Assembly (NCBI GenBank): GCA_013239625.1
Contig: MU053557.1
Span: 503,063 to 567,062, forward strand
DNA from: Lama guanicoe
Taxonomy: Eukaryota
Reading direction: 5' to 3'
DNA length: 64,000 bases
In this document: positions 62,775 through 64,000 of the stretch, one piece after another
Layout of the letters: the number at the start of each line of letters is the position of its first letter
How positions within the stretch are numbered: the stretch's first letter is position 1
Notes under the pieces: generated by a model
The model's database searches: none
Told to the model about the DNA's origin: nothing
The model's input: only the letters and a program-made list of their open reading frames with translations
Position numbers and translations under genes: made by a program

Positions 62775-63900
62775 TTTTCATTCACTAATTTGCAAATACT
62801 TGTTGAGTGCCCACTATGTGCCAGATACTTGGCTATGCACTTACCAACACACATGGTTGCTGACACTTCGGATAACACAATCCAGAGGGAAGACTGTCAA
62901 GGGATAAATACAGACGAGGTGGGATGTTTAACAGGGAAGCCAGGATACTACGGGTGTGTCGGTAAGTCACCCTGACCTTGCCTGGGGCTTTCAGGGCATC
63001 TTCTCTAAGCAAAGATTTTTGTCTCAGAGCTAAGTGGGATTTCATGAGTCAGAGAGTGAGGGAAGGTGGGATCTGGGAATGTGTGCAGGTTTAGATGCCA
63101 GGGAAGACATGCTACGTTAGAAGAAAAGAAAGAAGAAAAGAAAGCAAGCATGACAAAAGTGGAAAAGAGATCAATGGTAGGATCTTTGATGGCTTCTAAA
63201 CCACCCTAAAGATTTTAGGCTTTTTCCTAGGGGGATTTTTATGAATATTTTTCACTTTTTACTTTTGATTGAAGTACAATCGATTGCCAGTGCTGTGTCA
63301 GTTTCTGGTGATTCACAGCACAGTAATTCAGTTATACACATATATGTTCTTTTTCATATTCTTTTTCATTATAGATTATTACAAGATATTGAATGTAGTT
63401 CCCTGTGTTATGCAGTAGGACCTTGTTGTTTATCTATTTTATACATAATAGTTAGTATCTGCAAATCCTCAACTTCCAATTTATTCCTTTCCTAGGGTTT
63501 TTTTAAAAAAGATCTTCTGATTGCCCAGTGGAGGACAGATAAACTAGAATGGTAATGGGAAGCCACCATACTGCATATGAGCAACAGTGTGACCGGCGAC
63601 TTCATCTGCCAGCAAGTAGAAATTGCTCAGATGGGTAGCATATAAGTTCAGGCTACCTCCAAGCCGTTTCTGTAACATGCTCTCTAGAGATCTTTAGAAT
63701 TTGAAAAGGGAAATAATAAGAGCCTAGTGAACAGACAGAAAGATCAGATGCTGAAGAGCAGGAGGAAGAGATTAAACTATTAGTCAGTGTGTGAGTGCCA
63801 AGTGCCTTCTAAGTGACCATGAATATTCAGGTAAATGTGTCTGGCTGGGAGGTGACTGAAACAGCAGGCACCCAGTGGACGAAATGTACTCAAGTAAATC
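62775..63900 (-). mobile_element. L2 3' region split by a young L1
   Basis: ttcattcactaatttgcaaatacttgttgagtgcccactatgtgccaga. Degenerate L2 text continues after 63500. Confidence 0.65.
63241..63487 (-). mobile_element. Young L1 3' UTR fragment
   Basis: tgaatgtagttccctgtgttatgcagtaggaccttgttgtttatctatttta. TSD core TTTCCTAGGG at 63223-63232 and 63488-63497. Confidence 0.92.
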
Positions 63901-64000
63901 TCTCAGTAACAGAAAACGTGGTATTGACTGATGCCCCTGTTAGGTTCTAAGCCTGGGTGTACAGATGGCAGCCAACATCCAGGCACAAGATTAAATACTC

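Noticed and set aside
1..64000. Prokaryote-type systems (CRISPR arrays, operons, defence islands) or foreign/viral coding inserts
   Set aside because: There is no repeat-spacer array, dense ORF block or compositional discontinuity. Everything fits mammalian non-coding DNA.

Overview
Mammalian genomic DNA, most likely from a camelid (Camelus/Vicugna/Lama). Four tRNA-derived SINEs match the camelid Vic-1 type, and four young L1 3' ends have the cetartiodactyl-type 3' UTR. The window is repeat-rich and apparently non-coding (intergenic, or inside a large intron or lncRNA). It holds many ancient L2, MIR, L3/CR1 and L1M fragments, MaLR/ERVL solo LTRs (MLT1A/C/D/F-G/J/K, LTR33, MER21), DNA transposon relics (MER5, MER8, MER81, a hAT-Charlie element) and microsatellites. 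I recognise no protein-coding gene. The only ORF-track entry resembling a known protein is the L1 ORF2 C-terminus at 10114-10317. Unique stretches contain candidate cis-regulatory modules and several exon-like segments with strong splice sites. I found no convincing novel biological system. The findings are candidate exons and promoters, an inverted SINE pair around an exon-like segment, nested insertions and odd small repeats. Repeat names come from recalled consensus sequences rather than a database search, and boundaries of old repeats are approximate.
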